A DNA stretch of 64,000 nt from Zygnema circumcarinatum SAG 698-1b. Its lineage: Eukaryota; Plantae; Zygnematophyceae. Under the pieces are notes generated by a model. The model was not told where the DNA came from. It saw only the letters and a list, made by a program, of their open reading frames with translations, and ran no database searches. The translations under genes and the position numbers were made by a program. The first letter of the stretch is position 1; each line of letters opens with the position of its first letter. Location of the stretch: the NCBI GenBank assembly GCA_037447605.1, contig CM074820.1, positions 2,046,001-2,110,000 of the forward strand. Reading direction: 5' to 3'. Shown here piece by piece: positions 25,301-38,766 of the stretch.

Positions 25301-27370
25301 GAACCTTTTAGAGAAGCTTCTATTGACGTTTCTCGAGCAGCTGAGGGCAATCTGTATACTGAAGAAGCTGCAGCAAAGTTAAGGGCTTGTGAGAATTCTG
25401 TGCTGCCTTCACCTATGGAGGTTGACTCACCTACAGTGAGAGCTATGATAAGTAATAAGGAAAGAGCATCAGGTCCTGAGATTGATATGCGAGCACAGCC
25501 GAAGGGAGATGACGAAATGGAGACTGACGAAGAAGAAGAAGGAGAAGAAGAAGAGTTGAGGGATACAAAGGAGGCGAAGGTTGAGCAGGGGAGCAAAGGC
25601 ATGGATGATAAGGAAGGGACTGTTGGAGAAGAGAGTAAGGCTTTAGCACCTATGGAAGTTGATGTTTGTGTGGTGGCAGTAGGAGGCAGTGATGCTGTTA
25701 GTAATTCTATGACAACCAGCTTGGATGCAGTTTCTGGAAGAGAGGAAGGGTTGAGGGTGGAGGAGGAGAGAGTGATTCTCGAGGAAAAACAGGTGGGAGT
25801 GGGGAGCACGAAGCTGGAGGAGTTGAAGCTTGATAGAAGGGAAATGGATGGTGAAAATCAGGAAATTATGACAGAGACGGGCGATAGGGCGGTGGACGGG
25901 AGAGAGGAGCGGGAGGAGCAGGAGTCGAAGATTGCCATTTCTGTAAGGGATGGAAGTGATGAACCTGTTTTGGCTTCAGCTGTGGAGATCGACGCGTCCA
26001 AGGTGGAAAAGAAGGTCAGTAAAGGTGTGGGCTTAGCTGCGGATGCTTCTCAAAAGAGGGAGAATTGGGAGAGCAAAACGGAGGAAACTGAATAGGTAGA
26101 GCAGGTACAGAATATGAAGGTTGTTGAAGATTGGGAGGCTCTTAACAAGTGCGATGTTCTACCATTGCTGCATCTTGAATGTCTGGGAATCTCAGCTCGT
26201 GTAGAGGTAGAAAATGGCGAGGTATAGCTCGGGGAAGTTGTGCAATACAGAATTTCAGTTTCGTCGTTTGGGCCTCATTTTTGTGCACTGCGTTAATTCT
26301 TGTGGTGTTTGCAGGAATTAATGATGGTAGCTCTTATGACAGAGCAAATGGGGCAAGGGCTGAATGCTGGGGAGAATGAAGCTTTAAAGCAGGTAAGCTT
26401 CTCTTGGCTTTCTACAAATGGTCTGAGTAAGAATTCATCAAAACTGAAAATGAAAATACGCACTTAATTGTCTAGTCTCTTTGGTTGGTGCATTATCCTG
26501 CGAACCCCGAAACTACTGAAGTTTCTCTTCTAATTTTTTCATTTTGATTATAAATGTGAGGTTGAAGTGCTACCTTGGTAATTGAGCTGTCCTTTTGCTT
26601 ATTTCCTGTTTTTTTTTTCCCGGCTTGTTTGTCTCTGTTTCTGAATCTCCTTGGAGTTATATAAACAGGAAGGAGTTGGTCCAACTGTAGTGGATACCCC
26701 AGGCAGTCCTCGAGAAGCTGACGCATTAAGTCGAGAAAACATTAGCAGTGAAGTGGGTGCGATTCAAGGACCTACTTTAGTTTCAGCCATAGTGGTTGAT
26801 ACTTTTGTGGAGCAAACATTATTAGAAACGGAGGGAAGGGAGGATGAGATAGAAAGGAAGGTGAAGCAGGTGGAACCGATAGAGCAAGAAACGGAGAATA
26901 TCGGAGAAGGGAGGGAGGCAGAGGGTGACAAGGAGGTAGAAGGGGTGACGGTGGGGGGTGGGATGGAGAGGAAGGAGGAGAAGGCCGAGCAGGAGGTAAA
27001 GCAAGTGGGAGTGGGAGATGTGGAACAGGGAGGTAAGGAGATCAGAGGAGAGAAGATGGAGGGTAAGGAGTTGGACGAGGGAGAGGTGGAGCAGAAAGGA
27101 AAGGATGTGGGAGAGAATTTGAAAGCGGCAAACGAGGAGGAGGTGAGGGTGCAGACGATGGAAGAAGAGGGAAAGGTAGAGGAGAAGGGCAAGGAAATGG
27201 ATGTTATCGTCGCTCAAAAAGGTGAGGGAAAGTCAGAGGGAAAAGTAGAGGGGGAGGAGGCGACAGTGCAGGAGGGAGGGACAACGGAGGAGGGAAAGAT
27301 GAACACCGCTGACGTAGGGCTGAAACCATCACCTATGGATGGTGGGGACATCAGAGAAGAGGAAAAGTAG
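16383..27370 (+). CDS. Large multi-exon protein of unknown function: N-terminal SPOROCYTELESS/TIE-like motif, Gly/Arg-rich region, helical segment, nine repeated mini-exons, long acidic tail
   Basis: A chain of open GT-AG exons, mostly phase 0 in the repeat and tail regions, includes 16504-~16830 ([16 protein letters not shown]), the large ~17900-18696 exon, 19765-19842, nine repeat exons 20134-23642, ~24508-24847, ~25293-26014/26221, 26315-26392 and 26669-27370. Start ATG 16383 is inferred through a 65-nt intron (16439-16503) that is phase-compatible. Exact start and exon usage are uncertain. Confidence 0.65.
20134..23642 (+). repeat. Array of nine paralogous phase-0 mini-exons (51-105 nt), most encoding (R/K)xxPxLDLx(D/E)L
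   Basis: Exons 20134-20220, 20412-20465, 20828-20920, 21381-21431, 21607-21684, 21891-21968, 22538-22630, 23159-23251 and 23538-23642. Each follows CAG, starts with a Lys codon, is a multiple of 3 and ends at GT. Confidence 0.85.
24096..24458. repeat. Compound intronic microsatellite (TTGCCA>TTACCA>TTCCCA>CTCCCA, then mixed with CCCT)
   Basis: Directly visible hexamer series. Confidence 0.9.
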
Positions 27371-28897
27371 CGTGGAATAACGAGGCATATGGCTGAAAGG
27401 GGAAGGGAGAGCAAGGGAATCATCACATCACTCTCGCTCGCTCACTCTCATCACTCTCTCTCCCTCTCGCTCTCCCTCTCCCTATCCCTTCAAGGGATTG
27501 AGGCCCACGTTGTATCCAAGCTTCGTTCTTCCTACTTGTTTCCAAGTAACGTGCTTACCCCATGGCTGGACAGGAGGAAGTTTGCGGTTATGGGTAGGTT
27601 ACATAATCCCTTTTTTTTGTCTCCTTCAGTTTTCAAAAGGGTACTAGCTCTTTGTGTGGGATTGGAAGGCTTAGGGTTAAGGGACTCCAGAAATTGGGAA
27701 CACATAGAAAGGTCGGGTAGTTTGAAGTTGACTGAGCTCTGGTTGCATTTTCATCAGTTTTTATCGATCGACAACGTTACCTAGTCACAATAGCTGCAGG
27801 ATGTAGGGAAGACTCACTACCATATGGCCAACAAGGAGTGGAAAACCCTAGGTTTGTTGTAACCTAAGGTTGTGCTACTCTCCTGTTCGGCCCAAGTTGC
27901 TATATATGTCTATAGTGAAGGCGTTGGTGTCCCCATGTGAGATGTGGTCCTCAGTGCTTTCGCACGATTCCTATATTGTTACAGTTTGTTTTTTTTTTTT
28001 TTTTTTTATATTCTATGATCGAAAATTTGTTGATTGTGTACCCTTTCTGATTTTTAGGGGGTCCCAGATTTGGAATTGAAATTCGAAATCCGTATCTTGT
28101 GAAAGTAGTAGCGGTAAAAAGTAAAAAGTATTCCGTTTTAAAAAGTATTCCGTTTTATATGTTACGTGTCCATCACTCCAAGCCAAGTAATCAATAGCGT
28201 TTTTTTCCCAGAATCTGACGAATTTAAAAAATGAAAATAGGACTGGTTCCGGACCCTTGAGAACGGCAAATCCGTTTCGTTTTGTGCTGGATCGCGGGCA
28301 TTTCACGTTAGTGCAAAACAACATAAAACATTGGTCTCAGAAGTGTTGTTGTGCCATTGTGAACTGCTCGCCATGAGGGTTTCACAACTGGCATTTGGTA
28401 TTCCATTTTGAATGCAAGATGTAAACAATGCACTCTACATATTGCATTTTCCCTTTTGCATTCAATCCTGCATATTTTTTATGAGTGCAAAATGTAGAAA
28501 GCACACTTAGCATTTTATGTACAAAATGCAAAAAGCAGAATACACAATATGCAGAGTAATTGCTCTCCACAATAGACAATGTGCAAGTTATTTTCTGCAA
28601 ATTCATTCTTTGAAAATTAATCTTGCACATAAGACTCTATGGTAACAATGGTTTACAAATGCCTATGCAAAGGCAGTACCTTTACATTTGCAACTCAAAG
28701 TCCTGTGACTCTTTGACAGTCTAGAAGCCAATTGTTTGAATGCACTATGCAATATTTTTCTAATCTTCAATTGATAAAATTAGAAATTAGAACAAAATAT
28801 TTGCATAAAAATGGTCCCAAAATGATAAAAATGATAAAAAAAAACAATAATGATAGCAATGATGAAAAATCTTTGAAAGCTTGACACCATTGGATGC

Positions 28898-31800
28898 CTA
28901 AAACGCAGTAAACGGAAATTTCTTAGGCAGTTCAATTATTGGGTTGTCGGAGCTTTTGGAGAAACCAAGAGCCGCCCTTCCAAGAGTGAAGCCAAGGGCC
29001 TGCGCAGTCGGGCCTGAAACCGCGTTTCCAACTTGGACATACCTGAACGGCAATGCAGCATTTATTTAATATCATAATTTCAGAGTATTTATTTTGTAAC
29101 ATTTTGATTTATTAAAACAGATAACAAAAATGTACTATTAGATTTTAAAAACGGTTTTTTTCAGTTTTGAGATTTTCTGATGATGAGGTTTCACCACCTG
29201 GCTTTAACATCTCCGTAAAATTTAAAATCGTCTGGGAAACCTTGAAGGCGGGCATACTCGCGAACGGATAAAACTCGATTTTGGACTGGGTGGAGAGTTT
29301 GCTGCAAAAAATACATTCATAAAAAAAATTACATCTATTATTTTAACCAAATTGAAATCTACTTTCAAATAAAGGATATCAAGGTTGATATGAGAAGGAT
29401 TTGATAGATAGATAGATAGATAGATAGATAAATAGATAGATTTGCAAAGGTTTTGAGTTTTTTTAAATAGAAAAAACATATATTTGAATTTATAATCTCA
29501 CCAGGTTATGAGGCTCCGCCCGCGTCATGACAGTCGGGACGATTTCATCCCACCAAAGGCGAGCGAAAGGCCTGAAAAAAAAAAAAAACAATGGAAAAAA
29601 AAATGACACTATAAATACCTTAAATTTGTGAAACTTTTCATAAAAGCTAGAATCAGAACATTGGTGAAATTAGTGAGCTTTTGGTGCCCTAAGGATGGAG
29701 ATTAGCAGACATTATTAGTCCCTCTACATTGTTAATCTCTCTACCTCTCCCTCTCTCTTCCACTATTCTACTCGCTCCATCGCTTTTTCTTCGCCTCTCC
29801 TTCCCTTACTTTCCTCTCTATCTCTTTTTCGACAATACTTTTCCAATTGAAGTTTTTTTAAGCAGGTGCTATTGATTGATTTAGACAAGTTTTCCTTATT
29901 TTGTGCAAAAAATCATTCATTCATTCATTCATTGGAAAGGTTCGCAGGCTTTGCAAGCTTGTCTCCGCATGATTTTGCAGCTTTGCATCGAAGCAATTAA
30001 TTAATTGCTCAATTAATTAAGGCTTGTGAAGCTCACTTTGCCGATCTCCCCTGGCGGAACTTAATAGCGTAGTCAGGGCACTGCAGGCACAAACCAATTT
30101 CCATATTATAAACCAGCAACTTCCTTACGACTAAAAAAGAAAGGAGTCACACCAAACCTATCCACACGACGTAAAACAAAAGCCAAACAGCAATAAAATT
30201 ATAAAAGTAAGCGTATTTCTTTTTTGATTTTACCGAGAGCTTTCTAAACGTTTCAAACGTGTCACACTCCATATCTCTAACCAAAAACTACAAAATGCAG
30301 TATTCAAAATTTTCGATTATAAGAAAGGAGCCTTTAAATGTCACTTTAAATGTAGTGGCATTTCTTAGGTTGTTTTCAGGGTTTTTTTTTGTTAGAAGGT
30401 GTTATGGGTTTGGGGCTCACCAATGGCTTCCCACTTGTTGTCAGAGGGCGAGGAATGCTTTCATCTAGGGAGCAAACGTTATTATTGGTTATCACTCCTT
30501 CAAGGTCTCGGAAGTTGGCGGCCTTCTCACCCAGAGCAAAAAATAAGAATTGATAAAAAAAAAAATAGAAATATGACAATTGATGAACAAGTACATTTAA
30601 GTACATACAAAAAATATATTTGAACTGGGAACAGTAGGTTAGAGAAAGAATGTAATATTGTTTAGCACCAAGGGGAACATCACCGAATTATGTGGCAGTG
30701 ATCTTTGTAATCCGTCCTTATTACATATAGGGATAGAAGAGGGAAAGGAGATAAGGATGAAGAAAGAATGACACGGGGAGAGGGGAAAGTATTAAAGAAA
30801 GAATAAGACACGGAAAAAAGATCAAATTAAGCGATTGCCCCCCTGCTCGAACTAGCAAGTAAAACGAGAGGTGACAAATGTGGGAGATGTCGGGAAAAAA
30901 AAAGGAATAGAAGAAGAAGAAAGAGAAGGAGAACTTTTGTGCAAAAACAGGGAAAAAAGGAAAGAAGGGGAGGAGAAAGCCCCACCTTTCGGCTGGGAAT
31001 GAGACACGTGCGCTCATAATCATCTCTATTCAAACGCAGTGGTCGGTGATCATACAAATTTTTTGTTGGTTGAAAAGTTTTCTTTTTCCCACCGTTTTCT
31101 CCTCCAAAGGCTGGATAAAAGAGCACACATGTTTCATCATGTGTCAGAAAAATCTGGACTCTTTATACAAGTAGACACCAAAAAAAAAAAAACTACTAAG
31201 ATATACACAAGATGAAGGGTCCATGACTGGGACCCCCGAAAAAAAAAAAAAAAAAAGGGTTTCTCCTTCCGGGAGGCCAGAAAGGGGAAGGACATAAGTG
31301 AGCCTGTCAAATAAGGACACGTCACTTGGTTTCCACGTGGCACAAGACGGTTGGTTGTCGCGCTATAGCAAGTGATATCTCTTGTTCCAATGCTTGCCAC
31401 GTGGAAGCAATCATATCTCTACATTTTCTATGTACATGATAAGAAACGGATGAGTTTCCAGACCCACCTTTCCTGGGTAAGCGAACTCGGTGTTCGAATT
31501 CTTTTGTCGGCGGCCTTAAATAAGACATGCTGTCCCTCGCTTCATCGTTCTCAACCTTGCCACAATGAATTGGGCAGTCAAATATTTCAATCAAAAATAC
31601 ACTCGGTGCATGTTCCATTCATTAACCAATGTTATATTTTCAACTGGTCTCTCCATCTCCCCCTTCCTGTCTACCCCCACTTCCACCCTCCCCTCTTCCT
31701 CTCCCCTTCACATTTCGTCCGTTCCACGTCTACAACTGCAGATGCAGGACAATCGCTAACTATCGTACATTTTCCCTTTGGGGGGTTTTGAAGCCGCTCA

Positions 31801-32788
31801 GAAAGGCTATCCCTCCCCCCTCCCCCCTCCCCCCTCCCACTCCTCTCCGAGATCATGCCAAAAAAACTGAACGACAGAAACTGTACTAAAACTCACGAAT
31901 TAATCGAAACATTGCATTTCACATCAAAACCAACATTAAAAGAAACAGCCAGTCCTTCCAGAGCAGAGCAGCCCCCTCCCTCCCCCTCTTCCTTTTCTGA
32001 AGGAGAAGGAGTGCCTTACAGGCGGCAGGTCCTCCAAGACATCTCGCAGCATCAGACCTTTCTCCAGCCTCTTTGCCAAACCAGGCTCCTCCTTCCAAGC
32101 CACAAGGGTATCCTGCTTCCCACAACAGTCTGCTTTGGAAACTGATCCTTACCACTCTCTCTCCCCCACCATACATCCCTCCCTCCTCCCTCCCTGCCCT
32201 TCTCCCTTTCTACGTTCCTCCTCCCTCCTTTCCCGACTCTCCCACCGCCCTCTCTCTCTTCTCCTTCCTCTGTTTCTACCATGCTCTTTACCTTTGTTTC
32301 CTCGCTTCACGAACTTGGATCAAATCATGTAATAAACTCCCCCACGTTTTTTTTTTTTTTTTTTTCCAAACGAGGGGTGATGAGACGAAGCCTCTCAAAA
32401 GGCCGAAAGGAGCCTACCTTGAAAATTCTAGGGATGGAATTTTTCATTTCAGTGCAGAGGTGGGTAGGCAACGGAAACTGAGGCAGACTCTGGAACATAG
32501 AACCCCACATAGGAAAGACTAGTCAAATCGATTCTGAGCTCATCCGGGCGGGAGGGGAAGCTGATGGGGCTTCCAAAGTGTTTCGACTAATATAGAAGAA
32601 TTTCTGTTCATCTTTTTGAACAAAAGCCGTTTTATATCTTACTTTATTCAATTTTACTTTTATTTTTTGGTCGGATGCTATTGCACGGAAGCCTCACCTC
32701 GCCAGAACGAGCCCCAAAGAAAAATGCTCGAAGGCGGAATTGTGCGACTCCAAATGACCCAGCCACCAGAAGGCCGGTCCGACTCTGA

Positions 32789-32836
<48 letters not shown>

Positions 32837-34639
32837 GGAGAGAGAGAGAGAGAGAATCTCGATTAAAAACATAGAGAGATAGAAAATAGCTAGTAAGCTT
32901 AATTATACAAATGGATACTAGCTTTTGGAGACCCACCTGGTAATTCATATCAACGAGAAACTTAATTGCAATTTTTGCAAGTACTCCGCCTCCGACTTTC
33001 ATCAAATCAGAGACGTTTTCCATGAGCACATATCTTGGGCGAAGGAATTTCACAATATTCATAAATACGAGAAGTTGGCGATTTTTCTCGTCAGTAAACG
33101 GATTCACAGTATCTCGATATAGATTATGGCCACTCACTCCCTGACAAGGAGGGCCCCCACATATCACTCCAACTTCCCCCTGCAAAATGCTCAATTTCAC
33201 CATAAAGATTATCACTTTCCATACATATGAATGCTTTCTTCTCTCTTCTCTCTTCTCTCTTCTCTCTTCTCTCTTCTCTCTTCTCTCTTCTCTCTTCTCT
33301 CTTCTCTCTTCTCTCTTCTCTCTTCTCTCTTCTCTCTTCTCTCTTCTCTCTTCTCTCTTCTCTCTTCTCTCTTCTCTCTTCTCTCTTCTCTCTTCTCTCG
33401 CTTCTCTCTCTCACGCTCTTTTTAGAGTCTCTCACTCATCGTCATGCTCGCGATATGAATAAGCATTCGATGTATTGAAATTGAAATTTTAGCGACAGAA
33501 GTTTTACCATTTCGTTATGCATCTTACCGGAAGTGGAAGAAGTTTGTCTCTCCGTGATTTTTGTACGAAGGCCTTCAAAAGGTCTTGGCATTGCCTGGAG
33601 TCCCAGCACATCCTCAAAATTCATTCAGTGAATGAGGAAGGAAGCTGCCAAGAAAGATCATGAAAAGGTGAACTGGGTTTTCACCTTCTGTACGGTTTTT
33701 TTTCTCGCGATTTGCAATTCAATCTAAGCATACCACAAAGTCAGATTGATAAAATTATATCAAGCACATGTCCACATTTTGAGTGCCAGTTTTTACTTCA
33801 TTTTTAACGCAATTCTACACCTCACAATTAACAGCAAAGTAGGGCGGGCATAATTCAAGAAATGTGCATACTCAAGGTTGGATTCGGGCTCCCAAGTATC
33901 CTCGTCCTCCCCATAGCCTGCCCATCTCACCTGCACCCCAAAAAATGCCAAAAATGCATTCCTCAAAAAGGAGCATATTTCCACCCTAGAACAAGAAGAA
34001 AACTGCGACCCCATTCATCTTGTCTCCCTTTCTGAAGATGGTCTTCTACAAAAAAAAGAACCGGCAAAAAGTACTTCTCTCTTACTCGAAATTGAAGCCT
34101 TGATTTGCAGTAGTTGATGCCCACTATCTCCTCCACTTCGTAATCATTTTCCTCCTTTGGTTGACCCTTCGCATTCCTCGCACCACTTAGATTCTCCTGC
34201 TTCCTTTTTCTCCCGCTGTTCTTTCTCATTCCCTCTCCCTTTCCCTTTCCCTCTCCCTCTCCCTCTCCCTCTCCCTCTCCTCCCTTTTTCTGCATCCCTC
34301 TATCAGCATTACTCTCTTCCGGAAACCTGTCACAAAGCCGCTTCCATTCCTTACAGAGCTCTAAAAAGTCTTCAGCATTTCCATTCCGGACCTGTTCCAT
34401 TACACAGCTCTCACCATTTCATTAGGCCATTCAAGCTTTCAGAATTTTGGACCTTTTTAGAGTTACAGGTAGTTCAAGATTTCTATGGATTCAGATGTTT
34501 GAAGCTTTGTGTGTTTGAAAAAGAGTAAAGGGTCACCAATGAGTTATCCACTTCAACTGGGGGGAGGGGGGGAAGGGGAGGGAAGACGAGGGAGAAAGAG
34601 AGTTTCGGAGAGAAAGGGCGAGAGAGAGAGAGAGAAGGG

Positions 34640-34680
<41 letters not shown>

Positions 34681-37600
34681 AGAGAGAGAGAGATGAACGC
34701 AAATGCTCACCTCTGTGTGAGGATGATTCTGCATGAAACTTTTGCAAGCGGCTAGATTTGAATCCACCGCCCACCGCTGAGAAAAGACAAGTCGTATCAT
34801 AACGAAGTCAAAAGACTAAACATATGAATTTAACTAAGAGGAATAGGGGGTGACAGTGAAATGGAGCGGGAGAGGGCAAGGGGAACAAGGGAGAGTAAAG
34901 TGGAGAGAGAATACGAAAGACGAGCAAATGGGAAGAGAAGAAAAGCGGAAATGAAAAAAGACAAAAGTAGGAGGGAAGAGAAGGAGAAAAAAATCAGGAA
35001 ATACAAGAGAATGGAAAAGGGAATGAAGAGTTGGGGAGGAAGGGGGGGGAGAGAGAGATTAAAGCCACAGGAAGGCAGCAAACGGAGAAACCCCTATCGA
35101 AAAGTGGTTGCTGAACCCTACCGTTGTGAGAGTCAATCCTGCAAGAGAGGCTCCCATTTCAAGGCCGGTAGACATGCCTCCACAGCCGCTGTAGAGGTCG
35201 AGGAGGAGGGCCTCACCCTTTTGCTCCGGCAAGTTCACATCATATGTGCCATTCTCTTTCACCCTTACGACAACAATTTCTGTGAAAAAAATTCAAAAAA
35301 AGAATCATAACTAGGTAAGGGAAATTTTCTTTTTTGCATTCAGGGTTCTACTCAAGTGATGGCATCAGTTTTTCTACGCAGTTTCCCAATCATTAGGTAA
35401 GAAATTCAATCCGAATAAAGCGACTCTGTGACACTGTCATGATGAAGCCCGCAACCCCGGAACCTCGCTCCATGAAGGGGAAGGGGAAATTCTGCGGATG
35501 TAATACTTTGGAAAGAAGCTCAAGATGGCTCACCATTTGTTCCCTTCGTTGAGGCCCTCTCTAAGGAGACATTCTTTGGGAGCATGTGAGGGAGTTTCCC
35601 TATCCGGTTTTCCATCTCATTCGGGAAGGGAGCATCTGCGTCTGTTTGGCGAGCAAATGCATAAGCATGTGGTAAAAAGAGAGAGACACAAAGAGAGGGA
35701 GAGAGAGAGAGAGAAAAAGAGTGAGAGAGAGAGACAAGCTGGGGAGGCAGAAATGGGAGAAAGGTGCAAAGGGGCAGAAGGGGAGACGGGCAGAGAGAGG
35801 GAGGGAGAGAGGCAGAGAAAAGGAAAAATAAAAGAAACACATTGATGAAATGCATATACGCTTTGCTGAAAAAGGACGGAGCAGTGTTCACATATGAGTA
35901 GGCCCTGAGGGTTATGAAGCCTCACCTGCCGGTATGTCAAAGAATGAAGCATTTTCCTCAGAATATGCATGATGGTAATAAAAATCGCAATCTGGGATTT
36001 CCGTCTGCGACACATTATTAAGATAGATTCTCAATTCACAGGTGGGTCCTTGCAGACTATAATTTTGAGAGTATAATAATTCTAAGCGTCAACTGTACTT
36101 GTTTAGACTTTAAACGGTTGTAAATTTCCAATGTTTCTGCACCAGCCGTTTCCAGTTGTATAACAGAAACATTCACTTTGAGCTTCCACTTTAAAAAGTC
36201 GGTGCTTGTCTTCAGGCAACAGCATGCTAAACATCATGTTCATATCTAACATTTGTTGGTTTTTAGTATCTGGAAGGAAAGGCTTTCAGGCATTCAGGCT
36301 TTCAATATTTTATGATATTAAGGGTCAAAAATAAACGTACTGCTTCCAGTCCTGGAGGGACTGGCACTCGAATGACTTTGAGAACTCCAGTAATTGTTGA
36401 AATGGGTTGAGTGCCTTCCAGCTTAGACCACCAAATTTTTTTGGAATTCAAAGTTTCCGGTTCGCCTTCTTCGCCTTCTCCACCTTCTCCTTCTCCTCCT
36501 CCTTCTCCTGCAACTGCCGCTCCTTCGTCTTCTTCACCTTCTTCCTCTCCTTCTCTTTCCTTGGGAACACTCGAGGCTCCTTTGGGGACCATGCTTGCCC
36601 ACTTACTCGAATTAGCAATGACCTGTTAGTTAAACAAGTCAGAAAACATTGAGAATAAATATAACGCGCAATTCGTCACATTTCATAACTTACAAATTGG
36701 ACAGAGTTCACACATTTTATTAGGAAAAAACTGACGACTTGTTAAGGATATTGAATCAACTTTTATGAGACAATTAAAGAGACATCATGGAAAGAAAGCA
36801 TTTTCAGACATTACAACAAAGAGGGCACAAGAAAAAATTTCGACTTTCAGTACCGTGTCGTTTTCTTTGTAAAACCAACGAACTCGATAGAATCCTTGGC
36901 CGGCCACAGTCTCAAAAAGCTCCAAGACTGTTCCAACATAAATGCCCTCTTCTGCCTGCAACAGTCATCGAATTCAAAGTGATGGAAATCTCTGTCACGA
37001 TGCGCAATCTGATTCAGAAAATAGGGGGAGGAAGAGAAAGGAGATAGAGATGGGGAGATTATGGAAAGAAGAGAGGAGGACGATGAGGTGGAAAGGCCAG
37101 AGGAGAGAATAAGGAAGGAGTTGGGAGACATATAGAGAAGAAAAGAGAGTGGAAAAGGGAGAGAGGGAAGGGAGGGAAAAGTAGTCCATAAATTGCAAAG
37201 ATACAAACCTGAATAGAGACATTTTGCCCAATAGTCACAATGAAATCATCCACCGTGACCTTCATGAAGTGTCGAGAAAAGGGTTGGTCCAGTCCTTTTT
37301 CATCTTCCAACACGCTAGTTTCTGAATATCGGAAAGGCCAAGATTTCCTGGCCTCCTCTTCCGGAATAACGTCGTCGGGAATGAAAAAATAACCAGGCTC
37401 GTCTTCTGTCTCTCCATCTTTCACTTCCACCATTTTCGCCTATGCGGAAAGGAAAAAAATAGCAACAGATGTTAGGAAATGTCAAATACTGCACATCTGA
37501 GCTTGGACATAATGGGGGCAATCATAGAGAAGAGAATGAGCGGAGTATGAGTGTGATTATCTGTATGAAAGAGAGAGGGAAAGGTGGAAGAGAGGAAAAA

Positions 37601-38766
37601 GCGAGAGTTGCAAAGTGTAAGGGAGTTGCACGAGAGGGAGGGAGAGTGGGAGAGATATGGGAGAAAACGAGAGATGGAGAAAGAAACAAACGCTCATCAC
37701 AAAGAGCTGTGTGCAAAAGGAATGCGTAGTTGAGAAGTTTGGAGGATATTAAAAGGTTTTCTTTACCATTTTGTTGACACTTTTTGCTTCCTTGGCCCTG
37801 GCATCCTTAGTACGCTTTTCCTTCATTGTCTTGTGTCCCACGTCACTGCCATTCATGGAATTTGGAAACTGCAAATAGCAAGAGAAGCAATGACATTAAA
37901 AATTTGAACTTCTTGCATGCAGTTCAGAGCAATGAAATCATTTACATTTCCACTTGGACTACTTGCATGCATTGTTGACCGATATGAATTCATGCATAAA
38001 GCAATGCTTCACCCTAAAATCAGATGTGTATGACAATCGCAACAGCTTTCTTCCACCTCCATACAAGACTGCACGGCTACATTGGTGATAGAAGTGCTTT
38101 TCTCACCACTTCTTGTGCAGATTTTCCTTTTTGAAAGTTTGCTCCATTCGTACGTTTTGTCTTTCTTTGAGAGTTCCTACTGGATTTCCTTCCGCCATCA
38201 ACTTGTGTCAAAATTTCCTTCATGCAATCTGTTGATTCCTTAACAATTGGGAAAGTGAAAATTTTGGGGGAATCAGCAGGTTCGTCCTCTAAACTTTTGA
38301 TGATTCTAGGAGAAGACCAGGAGCTCCTTATGAATGTTTCAGCTACCAGACGAATTTCTTCTGCTTCTCCCTCTAACCTAGTAGATAGAGTAGCGAGAGA
38401 AGCATGTACTAAGCTTGATGTCTCTTCGCTCTCATGCCTCTCACTGCCTCGTTTCAAGCGCTTAGTGGCTGCTGAATGTGAAGGACGGTTCGCACGTTTT
38501 GGAGTTCTAGTGCTTGCAGGAGACTTAGGATTTCGGGGACTGCTGGAGCTTGCTCTCCTGTGAAGACTTGAGAAGTCTCGCTCTGACTTTGACTTGACTT
38601 GACTTGACCCTGCCCCTCCGTAGGATTTGGATCCTGAAGCTGCACCTCGGAAGAGGCGAAGCCGCGTCCTACGCCTTCTGTCATTACTGTTAAAGCTATC
38701 GATGTCGATTTCCTTCACATCTAAATCGCTTTCTGAAGTGGGAGGAGCTGCATCTATGGTAGCCAT
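28898..38766 (-). CDS. CMT: Chromomethylase (BAH + chromodomain DNA cytosine-5 methyltransferase), ~20 exons
   Basis: BAH: [30 protein letters not shown]. Motif I: [14 protein letters not shown]. Chromodomain: YEVEEIVG...[20 protein letters not shown]. Motif IV: GGPPCQG. Motif VI: VLMENV. Also [67 protein letters not shown], and motif X YVQVGNAV. Stop TAG at 28898-28900. All checked junction phases are consistent. Confidence 0.96.
29403..29440. repeat. (GATA)n microsatellite in a CMT intron
   Basis: About 9 GATA units. Confidence 0.9.
33236..33398. repeat. (CTCTCTT)n heptamer microsatellite in a CMT intron
   Basis: Over 20 near-perfect 7-nt units. These generate the spurious LSSLFSL and REKREER ORFs. 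Confidence 0.92.

Noticed and set aside
28380-28860. AT-rich TGCA/TTTGCA-rich stretch after the CMT stop
   Set aside because: No defined period, TIR or TSD could be identified. Treated as 3' UTR or intergenic sequence.
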